A program made the position numbers and the translations under genes. Below, piece by piece: positions 59,223-64,000 of a stretch of DNA of 64,000 nucleotides. The notes beneath the pieces were generated by a model. It worked only from the letters and a program-made list of their open reading frames with translations. It did no database searches and had not been told where the DNA came from. Source of the DNA: Lentisphaerota bacterium. GTDB lineage: Bacteria; Verrucomicrobiota; Kiritimatiellia; UBA8416; JAUUYL01. Each line of letters opens with the position of its first letter. The first letter of the stretch is position 1. The DNA is taken from NCBI GenBank assembly GCA_030590485.1, contig JAUUYL010000006.1:3785-67784 (forward strand), given 5' to 3'.

Positions 59223-60301
59223 ATCAATTCCTTGTATTTGTCCTTCTCCTGAAGGAGTTGAACCATCTTCTTAACATCCTGAGCCTTGTCCTTGGGGCAT
59301 ATGAGAGTGGCACCTTCAGCCTGGACAACTACCAGGTCCTTGACACCGATGAGCGCAGTTAAACGTTTCTCGGAATATACAATGTTGCCACTGGAATCCA
59401 GTTGCTCGGCGGCACCGATTAAGACATTGCCATGGTCATCCGCATCAAAATGATCTTCCAGAGCTGTCCATGAGCCGACATCGAACCATCTGAAAGTCCC
59501 TTTAGCCATGATAATGTTGTCGGCCTTTTCCATAATAGCATAGTCGATAGATATCCTATCGAGCTTATTGTATTCTTCTTCAAGCTTCTCGTCGAAATCA
59601 GACTTATCAACAAACGCCTCCATCGTGTTGGCCATTTCGAGAAGCTGCGGTTGGTGTTTCCCAAGCGCGCGCTGTATCGCATCGGCAGACCAGATAAACA
59701 TACCTGAGTTCCAACAGAAATTTCCAGCATTCATGTATTCAGCGGCCTTGTCGGCATCTGGTTTTTCAACAAAGCGTTTCGTTCTTACAAACTCTATCTC
59801 ACCTTCGTGATCAAACTTGTCTGAAAACTCAATGTAGCCAAACGCCGTACTGGGTTCCGTTGGGACGATACCTATGGTCATCAGGAGGTCATTGTTTGCT
59901 GCAATCTCAGCACCTTCACTCAGCGTAGCTTTGAAAAGATCCAGGTCGTAAATTATATGGTCGGCAGTGAGTATGCAAAAAACACCTTTAGGATCCCTTG
60001 CCTTGACTATTGCCGAAGCCAATGCCACTGCTGCCGCCGTATCTCTACCAAACGGCTCGCCGATGACATTCTCCTTTGGCAGACTTGGTGCCGCTTTGCA
60101 CAAGGAGTCAACAAGGTCTGCACTGGTGACGACTATCACGCGCTCGGGCGGAATTATACCTTTCAGACGGTCTACGGCCAACTGCATCAACGGCTTGCCT
60201 CCAACGAGTGACAACACCTGCTTAGGGCTCTCCGACGTACTCAGCGGCCAGAATCTCTCGCCCTTTCCACCCGCCATTATTACTGCATAAAAATTATCCA
60301 T
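59219..60301 (-). CDS. manC: Mannose-1-phosphate guanylyltransferase
   Basis: MAGGKGERFWPLS..SPKQ, EPFGRDTA, FVEKPD, WNSGMF, SIDYAIME and DVGSW. Confidence 0.93.
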   Translation of the reverse strand: MDNFYAVIMAGGKGERFWPLSTSESPKQVLSLVGGKPLMQLAVDRLKGIIPPERVIVVTSADLVDSLCKAAPSLPKENVIGEPFGRDTAAAVALASAIVKARDPKGVFCILTADHIIYDLDLFKATLSEGAEIAANNDLLMTIGIVPTEPSTAFGYIEFSDKFDHEGEIEFVRTKRFVEKPDADKAAEYMNAGNFCWNSGMFIWSADAIQRALGKHQPQLLEMANTMEAFVDKSDFDEKLEEEYNKLDRISIDYAIMEKADNIIMAKGTFRWFDVGSWTALEDHFDADDHGNVLIGAAEQLDSSGNIVYSEKRLTALIGVKDLVVVQAEGATLICPKDKAQDVKKMVQLLQEKDKYKELM

Positions 60302-60315
60302 ATCTATATCTCCTT

Positions 60316-60360
60316 TAACGATTTAAACGATTTGCACGACTCTAACGATTCGAACGATTC
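60316..60360. repeat. Nonamer tract (AACGATT core x5) overlapping the coaX stop
   Basis: taacgattt aaacgattt gcacgactc taacgattc gaacgattc. Confidence 0.7.
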
Positions 60361-61115
60361 AAGTCATATATTCTACTTAGCCCGTAAAGCGTTAACTTAG
60401 GGTCAAAATGAAAATCCATGTCAAGTTCTGCCAACGCCCATTTCGCATATCCACCTGTGGCGCAAAGAGTTACCTCGCCCTCCCCCATTGTCTTCGTCAA
60501 GTGATTAACAATCTCACGGACTATACCTCGGTACCCTACCTTGGCACCTAACTTCATTGCGCCTTCGGTACTTCGTCCCATCGCTGGGCAAGAGCCCTTA
60601 AGTTGAATATGGGGAAGCAATGCGGTCTTATCTGCTAGGTAATCCGTCATTAGGGGTAAGCCTGGTGCGATAGCTCCTCCGACGTAACCCTTTGTCTTGC
60701 TGATCACATCAAAAGTGAGGGCTGTTCCGAAATCAGCCACGATCACAGGTGTTCCATATTTGTACGCTGCACCACTGGCGTTCGCCAAACGGTCAGCACC
60801 AATCGAGGCCGGCTTGGGATATGTGATATCTATACCCAATTCAAGGCGATGGTTAACGACTAGCGGGTAACTCTTGAAAGCTTTTCTGAGTTGAGTGACC
60901 CATGCCATGTTAGCGGCGGGAACTACCGAGCATAAAACCGAGCCAACAATGGAATGACCTTTTGATAATTCCTTCAGAACGGCGACAATCTCGCTTTTCT
61001 TTACAAGAGACCCATCGAGTCGTTGAAAGCGTTTTAGTTTTTCGCCGTGAGCCAGCCCAAGTGATGTGCTGGTGTTACCGACGTCTACAACAACAACCCA
61101 ATCCATGTTACACAA
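60342..61115 (-). CDS. coaX: Type III pantothenate kinase
   Basis: DVGNT, SVVP, IGADR, DFGTA, GGAIAPG and ATGG. Confidence 0.94.
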   Translation of the reverse strand: MCNMDWVVVVDVGNTSTSLGLAHGEKLKRFQRLDGSLVKKSEIVAVLKELSKGHSIVGSVLCSVVPAANMAWVTQLRKAFKSYPLVVNHRLELGIDITYPKPASIGADRLANASGAAYKYGTPVIVADFGTALTFDVISKTKGYVGGAIAPGLPLMTDYLADKTALLPHIQLKGSCPAMGRSTEGAMKLGAKVGYRGIVREIVNHLTKTMGEGEVTLCATGGYAKWALAELDMDFHFDPKLTLYGLSRIYDLNRSNR

Positions 61116-61977
61116 TCTCCAGAGAAAGGTCTGCAGCCTGAACAGAATGGGTCAGGCAACCTAGCGAGATTGCGTCAACTCCAGTTGTAACCACACCCGC
61201 GATATTATCGATTGTAATTCCACCCGATGCCTCGAGGGAACATTGCTTGTTGCAAATCTCTACACAGCGCTTCATCAGGTCTACAGACATGTTGTCCAGT
61301 AATATCCAGTCGGGATTTCCTGCCAGCGCACTAATCAGCTCTTCTTCGGTCTCAACTTCGACTTCAATAGGAAGGTCCGGGTAATGCTGCCTGACCTCTT
61401 CAATGGCGAGATCCAGTGACATCTCATGCTCGACGCTCCATAGCTTCCTGTGGTTGTCCTTAATCATAACCATATCGTAGAGACCTTTTCTGTGGTTTGT
61501 GCCCCCACCGCATTTGACAGCATATTTTTCAAACACACGCGAACATGGCGAGGTTTTTCTCGTGTCCAGTATTTTGACTCCATGCGGTTTGGCTATGTCA
61601 ACAAACGCTTTTGTCATGGTGGCGATGCCTGTCATTCTTTGCATAAAATTGAGAGCTGTACGTTCAGCCGTCAATATGGCGCGAGCCTTACCTTCGACCG
61701 ACATGATAATTTCATTGTTTCCAGCCTTCTGTCCGTCAAAGATCTCTATTTCGCATTTCAAATGACGATCCTGATCCTTGAAGACCTCCTCCGCAACTTT
61801 GGTTCCGGCAACTACATATTCGCCTTTGGAGATAAGAGATGCTTTGACTATAGTGTCCTCAGGAATCAGCGACTTGGTTGTGGCATCACCGTCTTCGGCA
61901 AGATCCTCTTCAAGCGCCATGCGGATCATCCGATGCACATGCGGCTCACTCAATAATTTATCTGCTTCTTCTTTCAT
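61108..61977 (-). CDS. nadC: Nicotinate-nucleotide diphosphorylase (carboxylating)
   Basis: ERTALN, DTRKT, NHR.GL.D...IKDNH, LLDNM and EASGGI. Confidence 0.96.
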   Translation of the reverse strand: MKEEADKLLSEPHVHRMIRMALEEDLAEDGDATTKSLIPEDTIVKASLISKGEYVVAGTKVAEEVFKDQDRHLKCEIEIFDGQKAGNNEIIMSVEGKARAILTAERTALNFMQRMTGIATMTKAFVDIAKPHGVKILDTRKTSPCSRVFEKYAVKCGGGTNHRKGLYDMVMIKDNHRKLWSVEHEMSLDLAIEEVRQHYPDLPIEVEVETEEELISALAGNPDWILLDNMSVDLMKRCVEICNKQCSLEASGGITIDNIAGVVTTGVDAISLGCLTHSVQAADLSLEIV

Positions 61978-61984
61978 CTTTTTC

Positions 61985-62033
61985 CCTCACGTTTCACGCC
62001 TATCTTATCTCTCCTCACGTTTCACGTTTCACG
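61985..62033 (-). repeat. Heptamer tract (CGTGAAA-like) at the wzt stop; same unit as 1351-1385
   Basis: Plus strand cctcacg tttcacg ... cctcacg tttcacg tttcacg. Confidence 0.75.
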
Positions 62034-63225
62034 TTTTAATATTTCCCCATTTACATGGCATATGACAACAGCCTTCAAACTCTTTTGTACTTTCAACCGC
62101 TATCGGGAACAGATTATCCACGCGATGGTAGTTTGTCTTGTGGTCCTCCGAATGGATTGAGAATGAGAACAGATACGTACCTGTTGCCATAGCAATCTCG
62201 TTAAGTCTTAGCTTTAGCGAACCTTTACCATCTATCGAGCCAACCTGGAATTCTTCCAACTGCGTGTTGTTACCGTATATAAGATGTCCTTCTTCATCAG
62301 ATATCGCGAATCCGAACACAGGATTATCCAGCTTCTTGGATGATTCATAGTCGATTCTAACATCAAGCGGATCACCCCACATGAATTTATCAGTAACATT
62401 GCCGTCTTTATCAAAGAACTCTACTCCCGCGATTTTAGCCTCGCCAGTCCCCCACTCTCTCTGCAAGCTCTTGGCGTTCTTTTTGCGCGTAATCGACTCA
62501 TATCGTTCTACAAGCTCTTCAGGATCACCAATGCCGACAACCTTACCTTCGTCCAACAAAAGTATCTGATCGCTGACCGACTGGATGGTTTTGAGATCGT
62601 GAGAGATAATCAGCATCGTCTTGCCCTTCTCCCTGAATTCCTCCATCTTCGCGATACATTTTCTCTGGAAGTCTGAGTCACCCACCGCCAACACTTCATC
62701 AATAAGGAGAATATCCGGGTCCAGTTCGACGGCCACAGCAAATCCGAGCCGCACATACATGCCAGACGAATAATGCTTTACCGGTTGATCGATGAAGGAG
62801 CCTATTCCCGAAAATTCAACAATGGCATCGTACTGCGCTGTCATCTTTGCCTTTGGAATACCCATCAGGGCGCCACAGAGAAAAACGTTTTCACGTCCAG
62901 TAAGATCAGGATGAAACCCGGCACCAAGCTCAAGTAGTGACGAGATTATACCCGTCGTCTTAATAGAGCCCTCTGTCGCAGTCTTTGTTCCGGCCAGAAG
63001 AGAAAGAAGTGTGCTCTTGCCTGCCCCGTTCGCACCGATGATTCCCAGTGTCTCACCCTTTCCGACAGAGAAATTCACATCCTTAAGAGCCCAGAAATCC
63101 TCTTTCTTTCCGGACCTGATACCCAAAGCATCAAGTACAGACGATTTAAGAGTACGTGTCCCGCCAGCACGTAGCCGGAACTTCTTACCCATCCCCTTAA
63201 CTTCAATTGTATTTTCGTTGCCCAT
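62029..63225 (-). CDS. wzt: Polysaccharide ABC exporter ATP-binding protein with Wzt C-terminal domain
   Basis: GANGAGKST, LGAGFHPDLTGREN, YSSGM and DEVLAVGD; C-terminal carbohydrate-binding domain. Confidence 0.92.
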   Translation of the reverse strand: MGNENTIEVKGMGKKFRLRAGGTRTLKSSVLDALGIRSGKKEDFWALKDVNFSVGKGETLGIIGANGAGKSTLLSLLAGTKTATEGSIKTTGIISSLLELGAGFHPDLTGRENVFLCGALMGIPKAKMTAQYDAIVEFSGIGSFIDQPVKHYSSGMYVRLGFAVAVELDPDILLIDEVLAVGDSDFQRKCIAKMEEFREKGKTMLIISHDLKTIQSVSDQILLLDEGKVVGIGDPEELVERYESITRKKNAKSLQREWGTGEAKIAGVEFFDKDGNVTDKFMWGDPLDVRIDYESSKKLDNPVFGFAISDEEGHLIYGNNTQLEEFQVGSIDGKGSLKLRLNEIAMATGTYLFSFSIHSEDHKTNYHRVDNLFPIAVESTKEFEGCCHMPCKWGNIKT

Positions 63226-64000
63226 TAAAGTTCATCTCCAAAACCTGGCTCGAGTTTCTGAAATACGGCTATTCCTATAAACAGAACCGACCAGGCGATT
63301 ACATAAGATATAGCTATCCATGCGGCACCTGGATTGGCATCAGACAAAAGACATATCCTGTAGGATGTTATAATTCCAAACATCGGATTGCAGAACAGAA
63401 ACTTGTGCAGGAATTCCGGAGCTTTAGATAGCGCCAGCTCTAAAGGATATATAACTGGCGACATAAAAAACCATGCGAGCATGACCATTGAGAGAATATG
63501 CTCTGTATCTCTGAAATACACATTACTACATGAAACCAGCAATGCAACGCCCAGACATAATGCGAATTGCGTGAGCACTACAAACGGCAACATGTAAAGC
63601 GGCCCGAACTCAACACTGGGAGTTGCCAGCAGATAGACGAACAGCACAACAAAGGAGAGCATAAAGTTAATCAGGTTTGCTTTTACCATGGATAGTGGAA
63701 GTATAATGCGCGGAAACGCTGTTTTTGTAACAAGATTGGCATTACCAAGAATAGAGTTCAATGAGTCACCAAGGCACATAGCAAGAAACTGCCAGACAAT
63801 AATACCCGTAACCAAAACAGGTAATGGAATTGGAACCTTTAGGATGCCCAAAAATACAGAATAAATGACAATAAGGAAGATTGGACTAAGCAATGACCAG
63901 AAGAAACCTAACGAGGTGTTTTTATACCTTATTTTCAGATTTCTGACCACCAGAAGCTGTAAAAGCTCCCGCCGTTCGTTAATACTCTTTAGTAGTGCTA
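63225..64000 (-). CDS. wzm: Polysaccharide ABC exporter permease (start beyond window)
   Basis: RYKNTSLGFFWSLLSP, FPRIILP, FRD, FF.SPVIYP and NP; frame open to the window edge. Confidence 0.9.
   Translation of the reverse strand, partial: ALLKSINERRELLQLLVVRNLKIRYKNTSLGFFWSLLSPIFLIVIYSVFLGILKVPIPLPVLVTGIIVWQFLAMCLGDSLNSILGNANLVTKTAFPRIILPLSMVKANLINFMLSFVVLFVYLLATPSVEFGPLYMLPFVVLTQFALCLGVALLVSCSNVYFRDTEHILSMVMLAWFFMSPVIYPLELALSKAPEFLHKFLFCNPMFGIITSYRICLLSDANPGAAWIAISYVIAWSVLFIGIAVFQKLEPGFGDEL

Overview
Core chromosomal segment of a bacterium, probably PVC superphylum (Kiritimatiellota/Verrucomicrobiota-like). This is inferred from an Akkermansia Amuc_1098-1102-type pilus cluster. It holds about 50 mostly housekeeping CDS (tat, pckG, rpoD, thrC, rnr, xylA, coaE-rho-tig-clpPX, rib genes, lepAB, truA, nadC, wzm/wzt), tRNA-Thr(UGU), an FMN riboswitch and RNase P RNA. 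No transposase, prophage or CRISPR array was seen. A dif-like 28-bp site at 54129-54156 lies where gene orientation converges, so the window probably spans the replication terminus. Most notable observations: (1) a candidate sigma54-dependent ~90-nt rod-shaped sRNA directly downstream of an NtrC-family regulator, with enhancer-like palindromes between them; (2) a putative cAMP-signalling island splitting the riboflavin genes (CHASE2 adenylate cyclase, PAS kinase, cNMP-rhodanese protein, a degenerate pseudo-enhancer-binding protein, MBL hydrolase); (3) a dispersed 'stop codon - covarying hairpin - heptamer tract' intergenic element; (4) a second unannotated structured RNA before tRNA-Thr; (5) a plant/protist-type UDP-sugar pyrophosphorylase; (6) a membrane-anchored RRM protein and a possible ACG start for thrC. 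All calls come from reading motifs by eye; no database search or folding program was run.
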